Part shown: piece after piece, positions 42,326 to 53,164 of the stretch
Numbering within the stretch: position 1 is the stretch's first letter
How the letters are laid out: each line of letters starts with the position of its first letter
Translations under genes and position numbers: made by a program
The notes under the pieces: model-generated
Database searches by the model: none
Seen by the model: the letters and a program-made list of their open reading frames with translations, nothing else
Told to the model about the DNA's origin: nothing
Origin: Heptranchias perlo
Taxonomy: Eukaryota
NCBI RefSeq assembly: GCF_035084215.1
Contig: NW_027139442.1
Coordinates: forward strand, 5,146,001-5,210,000
Direction of reading: 5' to 3'
Length of the DNA: 64,000 bases

Positions 42326-42760
42326 TGTGTTTGTGTGGCCGGTCACATCGCCGTATTTCCGGGTCGCTTTTCAGTAAAATTTTTAAAAATCCCTTTCAAA
42401 GGATCGCCCTCCTCCCCTGCCGAGCTCCGAAGTGAAAATTTAAGGTAAGGTTTGAGTTCAATTCCAGATTTCAGACGAAAAACGGAGATCGTGTCAGCGA
42501 TCGGGTGAGAGAGCGCGATCAGTGCAGCAATGAAACGGGTTGAAATCGAAACTGGTGCTTTCAATTCCGGTGAAAGTTTTTCGACAGCAAACATTCCGGT
42601 GTTAGATATAGGAAGGGGCTAGTCTGGGACTCTGGAGTGCCCGATTTTAATTGTAACCGGCGAGTTTAAGAGGAGAGAGAAACACAGAGAGGCTGGAGGG
42701 GCCGGGAGCTGACAGCAGGATGTCTCCGCCCCGTCCGCTCTGTGCCTTTAAGTTGCTCTG
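42326..42760 (+). promoter_or_regulatory. H1 promoter: TG-box 42326-42332, AC-box 42680-42686, GC box, TTTAAG
   Basis: Same motifs and the same 354-bp spacing as the first H1. Confidence 0.75.
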
Positions 42761-42830
42761 TGCCGCCGCCTCTCGTTTCATTTCTGACCCAGCTCTGACT
42801 GTCAGAGAGATTTTCTTCAGAGTCCCGGAC

Positions 42831-43466
42831 ATGACAGACACTGCAGCCGCCGAAACGGCTCCTCCTGCCGCCGCCGCCGCTCAAACCAATGCTCCGAATA
42901 AGAAGAAGGCGGTTCCCCGACCCACCGGTCCCCCGTTGGGCGAACAGATCCTCAAGATTGTGGGGGATTGCAAGGATCGCAAGGGGATATCCCTGGCCGC
43001 GATAAAGAAGGTTCTGGCTGCCAAAGGCCTGGATGTGGAGAAGCACCGTTCCCAGATTAAATTAAGTATCAAGAGAAATGTGGAAAAAGGCTCCCTGGTG
43101 CAGATCAAGGGCACGGGCGCCTCGGGCTCCTTCAGAGTCGCTAAGAAGGAAACTCAGGCAAAAGTGGTAAAGAAGGTGAAGAAACAAGTGACCAAGAAAT
43201 CTCCCGGAAAGAAACCAGCGACCAAAAAAACAGCGGTCAAGAAATTAACGGCCAAGAAACCGGCCGCCAAGAAATCAGCGGTCAAGAAACCTGTTGCCAA
43301 GAAATCGACCACGAAAAAGGCGGCGAAATCACCAATTAAGAAGAAAGCGGCGGCAAAGAAGCCCAAGACCCCCAAGACAGTGAAGGCGAAGAAGGTAGAA
43401 AAAGCGAGGGCCAAGCCCAAGCCGAAGTCAGCTAAGCCCAAGAAAGCAGCGGGCAAAAAGAAGTAA
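42831..43466 (+). CDS. H1: linker histone H1 (211 aa)
   Basis: ATG 42831; globular domain identical to the first H1, tails differ by indels. Confidence 0.96.
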   Translation: MTDTAAAETAPPAAAAAQTNAPNKKKAVPRPTGPPLGEQILKIVGDCKDRKGISLAAIKKVLAAKGLDVEKHRSQIKLSIKRNVEKGSLVQIKGTGASGSFRVAKKETQAKVVKKVKKQVTKKSPGKKPATKKTAVKKLTAKKPAAKKSAVKKPVAKKSTTKKAAKSPIKKKAAAKKPKTPKTVKAKKVEKARAKPKPKSAKPKKAAGKKK

Positions 43467-43502
43467 AAAATCAAGTGCAACTTGTGAACATCTGAACCCA
43501 AC

Positions 43503-43518
43503 GGCTCTTCTCAGAGCC
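43503..43518 (+). terminator. histone 3' stem-loop (H1)
   Basis: GGCTCTTCTCAGAGCC-ACCCA; HDE GAAAAGAGCTG. Confidence 0.95.
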
Positions 43519-43675
43519 ACCCACGTCTCTCAGAAAAGAGCTGACCCCGGAATCAGATGATTCCTGTCCCGGGGCCGGGCTCAGATTTCAGATGGAAATC
43601 ATTGAAAATAAACCCAGGGTCCTGGTGACTCACTACCCACGCCCCAACCCCACTGTCTGAAATAAAATAGAGAGA

Positions 43676-43772
43676 ACACAAAACAAAGGCTCTTCCAAGA
43701 GCCACCCACCGCCTCACAGACCTGGGAACGGGGAGAGGAAAGATCTCGGGCTGGGGAAGCAGTTTCCGATAT
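43676..43772 (+). pseudogene. orphan copy of the H4 3' end with stem-loop (43688-43703), HDE deleted
   Basis: Matches 44792-44899 except a loop change (GGCTCTTCCAAGAGCC) and loss of GAGAGCACTGA; no H4 CDS upstream. Confidence 0.85.
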
Positions 43773-44447
43773 GTCCGGGCCGGGCCTCACTCGAACTGGC
43801 GTGTGTTCGGCTCCAGTCCCAGTTCATTTTTCTCACAGATTCAGGGCGAGAGTCCGTGACAGGGTAAAACTGGCGGAGATCCGCCGCTATCACAATTAAA
43901 ACCCCAACACATGAGATTCTCCAAATCAGCTGGAATAAGTGTTTGTAAACTGCTGAACCCGTCTGGGAGGGGATGTGTGGGGAGATCGAATCGGGTCTGC
44001 CACTAAAATGGAAGGAGACGGGTAGATATGTTAAAGAAGGGACTGTATTTGGGCAGGAATATTACTGACTCTTAATTGTAATGGGGCTTATTCAAAAGCT
44101 CCGAGTTTCTGGAAATCCTTGAATATGAAGCCCGAGTCTATAAGGGTTTGTGCGGAGCGCTGTGTTTCGGTTCTATTATCGATAAACGGTTTGAAATTGG
44201 CGGGTGGATAAAGCTGGAGGTGGAGCTGGAAGATCAGAGGCCGCTCTCTGCTCTGTCCGTTACTCTGACTCTCTCCTCCCCTCTCTGTTTAATATCTCAC
44301 TCTGTCTCCTCCCCTCTCTGTTCAATGTCTCACTTTGTCTCCTCCCCTCCCTCTATCATCCTGTGAATGTTTCAGTCAGGTCGGGACAGGCTGCATGAAA
44401 AGGGAACCAGCATAAGTTCGCTGTTCATTCAGCAGCGATCTCAGTGA

Positions 44448-44768
<321 letters not shown>

Positions 44769-44803
44769 ACGACTCGACCCTTTCTAACCGAACACAAAAC
44801 AAA

Positions 44804-44819
44804 GGCTCTTCTAAGAGCC
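44804..44819 (+). terminator. histone 3' stem-loop (H4)
   Basis: GGCTCTTCTAAGAGCC-ACCCA. Confidence 0.95.
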
Positions 44820-45512
44820 ACCCACCGCCTCACAGAGAGAGCACTGACCTGGGAACGGGGAGAGGAAAGATTTAGGAGTGGGGAAGCAGTTTCCGATATT
44901 TAATTACGATGGGGAGATTCCCCAACATTCAGTAAAGGGAGATCAGCCATCCCGAGAGAAAGCGGAATTCCCGGTTTCACGGTATAAATGAACAGGTGGT
45001 GATACAGAGTCTTTCCGCAGACATTGCATTCTCCGTTCAGAGTAAAATCCCGCCTCACAACGTCTCCCGCTGTGTCCTCTCTGCTCGGTGTTTCATTCAA
45101 TTATCAGGTCGATGTGAAGTTTCTGTTTGAGGAGCGGTTCACCGGGCTGGAACTGGCGGGATTTTTGAAATTGAAGCTGGACTTTGTCCTGTTACGGAAA
45201 ACAATGACCGGGGCTTAATTCCCGCCCGTTTACAGACAGATCAGAGAATGAACCGGAATGTGAAACAGCTTGAGATGTGAGCTGAGGAGTTGGAAATAAT
45301 GGAGATTATAAAGAGAGGGATTCTTAAATTGCTTGAGAGAAATGAGATTTTCTTGAAACTGTTATTTGATGACCTGAAATTGGCGGGCTTTTTGAAATTC
45401 ATGTTTAATTTCAGCTCAGCCAATTGGGCACAATACCTCCCGCCGTTTCGGTCTGACTGACAGAGCTCGGTTCAAATCTACCAATCACAGTCCCGGGGCG
45501 GTCCCTCCCTGA

Positions 45513-46052
<540 letters not shown>

Positions 46053-46085
46053 ACCCGACCCGGCTTCAGCACCAAGTGCAACAAA

Positions 46086-46101
46086 GGCTCTTTTCAGAGC
46101 C
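46086..46101 (+). terminator. histone 3' stem-loop (H3)
   Basis: GGCTCTTTTCAGAGCC-ACCAA; HDE GAAAGAGCTG. Confidence 0.95.
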
Positions 46102-46619
46102 ACCAAATCGGCGATGGAAAGAGCTGTGATCGCCTGGGTTGAAATCGCATGGCCGTGAGAAACTTGCTTGAATGGGAAATGCATAAAAGGGAGGGAGCAG
46201 ATGTGGGACGGACAGGGACAGAATAATTCCCTCACTCACATCCAAAAAGAAATTGCACTCACATTCTCAATTCAGCAATCGCTGACACAATAATCAGCAT
46301 ATCAGTCAGCATCTGTTCAAATCTGGGCAAAATAACTCAGACTGAGCCAGTGTTGTCCGAGAATGAGACAGAAAATCATCATATGCGTCCCTGGTATTTC
46401 TGTATCCCACCCGCCCAATTGACAAATGACGATTTTGTTATTTTTTGTCTCATTCACCATACAATCTGCAATTATCAATCTATGGGAGATTGGCGACATC
46501 TGCTGTCCTGAAGCGAGTACTGCAAAAAGACCGATCTGGATCATTTGTATTGAACAAGTTATTGTTAGTTTCTCGGATCGGAATCAAGTCCCTATTAAAT
46601 TGATTCATGACTCGCTTCG

Positions 46620-46683
46620 ACAGTAACCAGCCCTTTCACCGATACAGTGGGTGGCTCTGAAAAGAGCCTTTGGGTTATCAGAT
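46620..46683 (-). pseudogene. 3' remnant of a deleted H2A gene: intact stem-loop (46653-46668) and HDE
   Basis: Minus strand ATCTGATAACCCAAA-GGCTCTTTTCAGAGCC-ACCCACTGTATCGGTGAAAGGGCTGG matches the H2A 3' ends at 9080-9136 and 28870-28930; abuts the LINE at 46684. Confidence 0.9.
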
Positions 46684-46883
46684 CATGTCACCCAGTTTAT
46701 ACCACTAAGCTCGTCCCAATTGCCTGCACTTGGCCCATATCCCTCTATACCCATCTTACCCATTTAACTGTCCAAATGCTTTTCAAAAGACAAAATTGTA
46801 CCCGCCTCTACTACTGCCTCTGGCAGCTCGTTCCAGACACTCACCACCCTTTGAGTGAAAAAATTGCCCCTCTGGACCCTTTT

Positions 46884-49520
46884 TTATCTCTCCCCTCTCA
46901 CCTTAAATCTATGCCCCCTCGTTATGGACTCCCCTACCTTTGGGAAAAGATTTTGACTATCGACCTTATCTATGCCCCTCATTATTTTATAGACTTCGAT
47001 AAGATCACCCCTTAACCTCCTACTCTCCAGGGAAAAAAGTCCCAGTCTGTCTAACCTCTCCCTGTAAGTCAAACCATCAAGTCCCGGTAGCATCCTAGTA
47101 AATCTTTTCTGCACTCTTTCTAGTTTAATAATATCCTTTCTATAATAGGGTGACCAGAACTGTACACAGTACTCTAAGTGTGGCCTCACCAATGCCCTGT
47201 ACAACTTCAACAAGACATCCCAACTCCTGCATTCAATGTTCTGCCCAATGAAACCAAGCATGCTGAATGCCTTCTTCACCACCCTATCCACCTGTGACTC
47301 CACTTTCAAGGAGCTATGAATCTGTACTCCCAGATCTCTTTGTTCTATAACTCTCCCCAATGCCCTACCATTAACGGAGTAGGTCCTGGCCCGATTCGAT
47401 CTACCAAAATGCATCACCTCACATTTATCTAAATTAAACTCCATCTGCCATTCATCGGCCCACTGGCCCAATTTATCAAGATCCCGTTGCAATCCTAGAT
47501 AACCTTCGTCACTGTCCACAATGCCACCAATCTTGGTGTCATCTGCAAACTTACTAACCATGCCTCCTAAATTCTCATCCAAATCATTAATATAAATAAC
47601 AAATAACAGCGGACCCAGCACCGATCCCTGAGGCACACCGCTGGACACAGGCATCCAGTTTGAAAAACAACCCTCTACAACCACCCTCTGTCTTCTGTCG
47701 TTAAGCCAATTTTGTATCCAATTGGCTACCTCACCTTGGATCCCATGAGATTTAACCTTATGTAACAACCTACCTTGCGGTACCTTGTCAAATGCTTTGC
47801 TGAAGTCCATGTAGACCACGTCTACTGCACAGCCCTCATCTATCTTCTTGGTTAACCCTTCAAAAAACTCAATCAAATTCGTGAGACATGATTTTCCTCT
47901 CACAAAACCATGCTGACTGTTCCTAATTAGTCCCTGCCTCTCCAAATGCCTGTAGATCCTGTCCCTCAGAATACCCTGTAACAACTTACCCACTACAGAT
48001 GTCAGGCTCACTGGTCTGTCGTTCCCAGGCTTTTCCCTGCCGCCCTTCTTAAACAAAGGCACAACATTTGCTGCCCTCCAATCTTCAGGCACCTCACCTG
48101 TAGCGGTGGATGATTCAAATATCTCTGCTAGGGGACCCGCAATTTCCTCCCTAACCTCCCATAACGTCCTGGGATACATTTCATCAGGTCCCGGAGATTT
48201 ATCTACCTTGATGCGCGTTAAGACTTCCAGCACCTCCCTCTCTGTAATATGTACACTCCTCAAGACATCACTATTTATTTCCCCAAGTTCCCTAACATCC
48301 ATGCCTTTCTCAACCGTAAATACCGATGTGAAATATTCATTCAGGATCTCACCCATCTCTTGTGGTTCCGCACATAGATGACCTTGTTGATCCTTAAGAG
48401 GCCCTACTCGCTCCCTAGTTACCCTTTTGCCCTTTATGTATTTGTAGAAGCTCTTTGGATTCACCTTTGCCTGATCTGCCAAAGCAATCTCATATCCCCT
48501 TTTTGCCCTCCTGATTTCTCTCTTAACTCTACTCCGGCAATCTCTATACTCTTCAAGGGATCCACTTGATCCCAGCTGCCTATGCATGTCATATGCCTCC
48601 TTCTTCTTTTTGACTAGTGCCTCAATCTCCCGAGTCATCCAAGGTTCCCTACTTCTACCAGCCTTGCCCTTCACTTTATAAGGAATGTGCTTACCCTGAA
48701 CCCTGGTTAACACACTTTTGAAAGCCTCCCACTTAACAGACGTCCCTTTGACTGCCAACAGACTCTCCCAATCAACTTCTGAAAGTTCCTGTCTAATACC
48801 ATCAAAATTGGCCTTTCCCCAATTTAGAATTTTAACTTTTGGGCCAGACCTATCCTTCTCCATAGCTATCTTAAAACTAATGGAATTATGATCACTGGTC
48901 CCAAAGTGATCCCTCACTAACACTTCTGTCACCTGCCCTTCCTTATTTCCCAAGAGGAGGTCAAGTTTTGCCCCCTCTCTAGTCGGGCCATCCACATACT
49001 GAATGAGGAATTCCTCCTGAATACACTCAACAAATTTCTCTCCATCCAAGCCCCTAATGCTATGGCTGTCCCAGTCAATGTTGGGAAAGTTAAAGTCCCC
49101 TACTATTACCACCGTATTTTTCTTGCAGCTGTCTGTAATCTCCTTACATATTCGCTCCTCAATTTCCCGTTGACTATTTGGGGGTCTGTAGTACAATCCT
49201 ATCAAAGTGATCTCTCCCTTCTTATTTTTCAGTTCTACCCATATGGACTCAGTGGGCGAACCCCCGGATATATCCCCTCTCACTACTGCCGTGATGTTCT
49301 CCCTAATCTAGAACGCAACTCCCCCTCCTCTCTTACCTCCTGCTCTATCTTTCCTATAGCATCTGTACCCTGGAACATTGAGCTGCCAGTCCTGCCCCTC
49401 CCTTAGCCATGTTTCAGTAATAGCTATAACATCCCAGTCCCATGTACCCATCCATGCCCTGAGTTCATCTGCCTTGCCCATCAGACTTCTTGCATTGAAA
49501 TAAATGCAGTTTAATCTAGA
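46884..49520 (-). pseudogene. CR1 ORF2 (APE endonuclease + reverse transcriptase) interrupted by in-frame stops
   Basis: FNARSL..ITETWL..GGGVAF* (TAG 49308-49310) continues in frame into YYRPP, GDFNFP, SDH, GVPQGSVLGP and FADDTK; TAA at 46884-46886 cuts off a still recognisable C-terminus (FFTQRVVSVWNELP). Confidence 0.9.
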
Positions 49521-49657
49521 CTTCCCTTGGTCTTTGCCCTGCTTTCTCAGACCATCTGTCCGGTCATGTTCTGTACACTCTCCCTTACTGCCTTTTGTTT
49601 CTGTCACCACTTTATTTCCATCTGACTTCGTGCATCGGTTCCCATCCCCCTGCCACA

Positions 49658-50605
49658 TTAGTTTAAACCCTCCCCAACAGCACTGGCAAACACTCCCCCT
49701 AGGACATTGGTTCCAGTCCTGCCCAGATGCAGACCGTCCAATTTGTACTGGTCCCACCTCCCCCAGAACCGGTTCCAATGGCCCAGGAATTTGAATCCCT
49801 CCCTCTTGCACCATCTCTCAAGCCACGTATTCATCTTAGCTATCCTGTCATTCCTACTCTGACTAACCCGTGGCACTGGTAGCAATCCTGAGATTACTAC
49901 CTTTGAGGTCCTACTCTTTAGTTTAACTCCTAACTCCCTAAATTCAGCTTGTAGGACCTCATCCTGTTTTTTACCTATATCGTTGGTGCCCATATGCACC
50001 ACGACAACTGGCTGTTCACCCTCCCCCTCCAGAATGTCCTGCAGCCGCTCCGAGACATCCTTGACCCTTGCACCAGGGAGGCAACATACCATCCTGGAGT
50101 CTCGGTTGCGTCCGCAGAAACGCCTGTCTATTCCCCTTAAAATCGAGTCCCCTATCACTATAGCTCTGCCACTCTTTTTCCTGCCCTCCTGTGCAGCAGA
50201 GCCAGCCACGGTGCCATGAACCAGGCCACTGCCACCTTCCCCTGGTGAGCCATCTCCCCCAACAGTATCCAAAACGGTATACCTGTTTTGGAGGGAGATG
50301 ACCGCAGGGGACCCCTGCACTGCCTTCCTACTCTTCCTCTGTCTGTTGGTCACCCATTCACTATCTCCCTCAGTAATTTTTATCTGCGGTGTGACCAACT
50401 CACTGAACGTGCTATCCACGACTTTCTCAGCATCGCGGATGCTCCAAAGTGAGTCCATCCGCAGCTCCAGAGCCGTCAAGCGGTCAAACAATAGCTGCAG
50501 CTGGACACACTTCCCGCAGGTGAAGGAATCAGGGATACAGGAAGGAGCCCTGAATTCCCACATCTCACAAGAGGAACATGACACGGCCCTGGGATCTCCT
50601 GCCAT
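49658..50605 (-). CDS. CR1 ORF1 protein (315 aa): CxxC..CxxC zinc finger, coiled coil, SGNH/GDSL esterase domain
   Basis: ATG start; CSSC/CGKC, LFDRLTALELRMDSL, IGDSILR, PGARV, GTNDI and DGLHL motifs; no stops. Confidence 0.88.
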   Translation of the reverse strand: MAGDPRAVSCSSCEMWEFRAPSCIPDSFTCGKCVQLQLLFDRLTALELRMDSLWSIRDAEKVVDSTFSELVTPQIKITEGDSEWVTNRQRKSRKAVQGSPAVISLQNRYTVLDTVGGDGSPGEGGSGLVHGTVAGSAAQEGRKKSGRAIVIGDSILRGIDRRFCGRNRDSRMVCCLPGARVKDVSERLQDILEGEGEQPVVVVHMGTNDIGKKQDEVLQAEFRELGVKLKSRTSKVVISGLLPVPRVSQSRNDRIAKMNTWLERWCKREGFKFLGHWNRFWGRWDQYKLDGLHLGRTGTNVLGGVFASAVGEGLN

Positions 50606-50924
50606 GACTTAACCCTTAAATTAGCTTAAGAACAACTACAATGTCAAGAGAAAAAAAAAAGGAAAGAAAAACTACTTACCACTCCCTTTAAGGAGTTTAC
50701 TCCTTTAAATTGTTCTCAATTTAGAGAATGTTAACTACACTAGGGACCTTGATTCACTAAAAAATAAACGCTACTTCCTATAAGACCTGCAGACCTCCCC
50801 TTCTTTTTACTTCAGTTACTGTCGATAAGTAGAAATACTCACCTGAACCTACTCACCAATCAGCTGCCTCCCCTGTGTCGCGTCCCGATCTGCTTCCTGA
50901 CGTCACTTCGAACTCGGTCGCAGC

Positions 50925-51473
50925 TCCGCTCGGCTCCTCTCAGCTGTTCTCAGCGCTCTGAAATCCCGCCTTTTATGGGACGCTCCCTCCGCTCGGCTCG
51001 GCTCCTCTCAGCGCTCTGAAATCCCGCCTTTTATCGGACGCTCCCTCCGCTCGGCTCGGCTCCTCTCAGCTGTTCTCAGCGCTCTGAAATCCCGCCTTTT
51101 ATCGGACGCTCCCTCCGCTCGGCTCGGCTCCTCTCAGCTGTTCTCAGCGCTCTGAAATCCCGCCTTTTATCGGACGCTCCCTCCGCTCGGCTCGGCTCCT
51201 CTCAGCTGTTCTCAGCGCTCTGAAATCCCGCCTTTTATCGGATGCTCCCTCCGCTCGGCTCGGCTCCTCTCAGCTGTTCTCAGCGCTCTGAAATCCCGCC
51301 TTTTATCGGACGCTCCCTCCGCTCGGCTCGGCTCCTCTCAGCTGTTCTCAGCGCTCTGAAATCCCGCCTTTTATCGGACGCTCCCTCCGCTCGGCTCGGC
51401 TCCTCTCAGCTGTTCTCAGCGCTCTGAAATCCCGCCTTTTATCGGACGCTCCCTCCGCTCGGCTCGGCTCCTC
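50925..51473 (-). repeat. 68-bp tandem repeat x8 at the LINE 5' end
   Basis: TGAAATCCC anchors at 50959, 51017, 51085, 51153, 51221, 51289, 51357 and 51425; copies nearly identical, one unit 10 bp short. Confidence 0.95.
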
Positions 51474-51479
51474 ACATCG

Positions 51480-51518
51480 TTCACCTGAGGAAGGAGGTAG
51501 CCTCCGAAAGCTTGTGAA
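51480..51518 (+). ncRNA. minimal type I hammerhead ribozyme motif (Penelope-type) in a ~95-bp PLE terminal fragment (51474-51568)
   Basis: TTCAC-CTGAGGA-A-GGAGG(TAG)CCTCC-GAAA-GC-TT-GTGAA: stem I TTCAC/GTGAA, CUGANGA and GAAA cores, stem II, palindromic AGCT stem III. Confidence 0.72.
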
Positions 51519-51565
51519 TTTAAAATAAAATTGCTGCACTATAACTTGGTGTTGTAAAATTGTTT

Positions 51566-51790
51566 ACAAAGAATGAAGAAATCCTCCCGCACTCGCCCTT
51601 CTTATACCTTCTGGAGGACTGCAGTGGGGGCACTTGTGGTTGGTCCATGTGTTCTCAACCTCATTGAGCTGTTCGTTAAACCAATCAGAGAGCTGTTTTA
51701 TTCAACCAATCAATAGCCGGCAATGAGAAAAGGGCGGAAAATACAGACCAGAACCGTTTTTTTGAAATTTGAAAAGCCCGCCAATATATT
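51566..51790 (-). promoter_or_regulatory. retained H2A promoter and first part of the 5'UTR (CDS deleted)
   Basis: Reverse complement matches 8430-8650 (GGCGG/CHR-like element, CCAAT boxes, GGTATAAGAAGGGCGAGTGCGGGAGGATTTCTTCATTCTTTGT), then diverges. Confidence 0.9.
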
Positions 51791-52292
51791 TGTAACACAA
51801 GAAGCGGATTTAGTCAATAATTTCGCGTAAAAGCAAATATTTAAACATCTCATCTTTTACTCTGTTATTCCACATTTCTCGTCACAACTTCCAGAATCTG
51901 TTACAAACCGCTTCATTCTCCGTTCGCTTTCAATCGGGCGGGAATAAAGCCTCATTTTGTCCCGAATAATTAACAAACAAACGTGAGAAGGAGAAAGAAA
52001 TGACCGAACTCGAATCCAGCGCCTGAAAACGGCTCTGAAGGGTCAGACGCGGGGGAAGGGGCGGAAAATGAACTGAAATGAGAGGTTCAGGGACACGTTT
52101 TTGTTTATTGGCTGTAAATTGAACATCGACACACAGATTATACCCGGCAGTTATTGTGAGAATCTTCCCGATATCAAGAGAAATCACAAAAGGACAAGTT
52201 ATAGAGAGACAGTTAGTGTCAAACTATCTTATCTACCGTAAAATGATTCCATCCAGAGGTATCGGTACAGCGTCTTCAGAGAGACTGTGGGT

Positions 52293-52308
52293 GGCTCTTA
52301 AAAGAGCC
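52293..52308 (-). terminator. histone 3' stem-loop (H2B)
   Basis: Minus strand GGCTCTTTTAAGAGCC-ACCCA. Confidence 0.95.
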
Positions 52309-52342
52309 TTTGTGTTTATTTTTTTCAGTATATTGTGGAGTT

Positions 52343-52717
52343 TTACTTGGAGCTGGTGTATTTGGTCACCGCCTTTGTCCCTTCCGACACGGCGTGCTTG
52401 GCCAGTTCCCCGGGCAGCAGCAGGCGCACGGCGGTCTGGATCTCCCGAGAGCTGATGGTGCGGCGTTTATTATAATGGGCCAGGCGGGAAGCCTCTCCCG
52501 CGATGCGCTCGAAAATATCGTTCACAAAGGAGTTCATGATGCTCATGGCCTTTGAGGAGATGCCGGTGTCGGGGTGAACCTGCTTCATCACTTTGTAGAC
52601 GTAGATGGAGTAACTCTCCTTCCTCGCCTTTCTCCGCTTCTTGCCGCCCTTGGCTGGTGCTTTACTCAAGGTTTTCTTGGCGCCCTTCTTGGGAGCAGCT
52701 TTCTTGTCCTCAGGCAT
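52343..52717 (-). CDS. H2B: histone H2B (124 aa; RKARKES and NKRRTISS variant)
   Basis: Intact ORF, ATG at 52717; octamer ATTAGCAT and TATTTAA upstream. Confidence 0.97.
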   Translation of the reverse strand: MPEDKKAAPKKGAKKTLSKAPAKGGKKRRKARKESYSIYVYKVMKQVHPDTGISSKAMSIMNSFVNDIFERIAGEASRLAHYNKRRTISSREIQTAVRLLLPGELAKHAVSEGTKAVTKYTSSK

Positions 52718-53164
52718 TTTCAAAATCAATTTCAGACTCAGAAATGACCCAAATCCGCTCCGAGCTCGGCTTAAATAGGCAGCCCCACAGCCCTATGCTA
52801 ATGAGGGATGAGGGAAGGCAATGATTGTGATTGGGACTGATGTCACAATATTTTTCCTTTATCAATTTGATTGGACATCTGAAGAAACCAATCAGATTTA
52901 ATACGTGCCACCAATCACAAACACGCTCACACTGCACATTGTCCGGTTTCAGAAATTTGTTCCGAACTGTTGCAATTCTGCTTCCGGCCAGTAGATGTCC
53001 CCAAACCCCGGGTCTTTGAAGTTTGCAGAAGAGAGAGGGACAGAAGATAAACTCATTCTTCACATTATATTGCACGGGTGGGATTCGTAAAAACTGTGAA
53101 TGGTGAACATTTTATTGGACAAAGCATTAGTTGAAATGCTGTATTCAATGTTTGTAATTAATTT

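Larger units (their letters stand above)
46684..51473 (-). mobile_element. near-full-length CR1-clade LINE (5' tandem repeats, ORF1, ORF2, clipped 3' end)
   Basis: ORF1 with esterase domain plus ORF2 with APE and RT domains; the terminal hairpin and short-repeat tail seen on the other CR1 end (63767-63815) are absent. Confidence 0.93.

Noticed and set aside
46884-49283. 799-aa ORF as an active autonomous reverse transcriptase
   Set aside because: Begins at GTG after an in-frame TAG in the endonuclease domain, ends at a premature TAA, and the element lacks its 3' tail; autonomous mobility is unlikely.
50925-51473. 68-bp repeat as a CRISPR array or coding repeat
   Set aside because: Whole units are identical with no spacers; the short ORFs across it are repeat translations.
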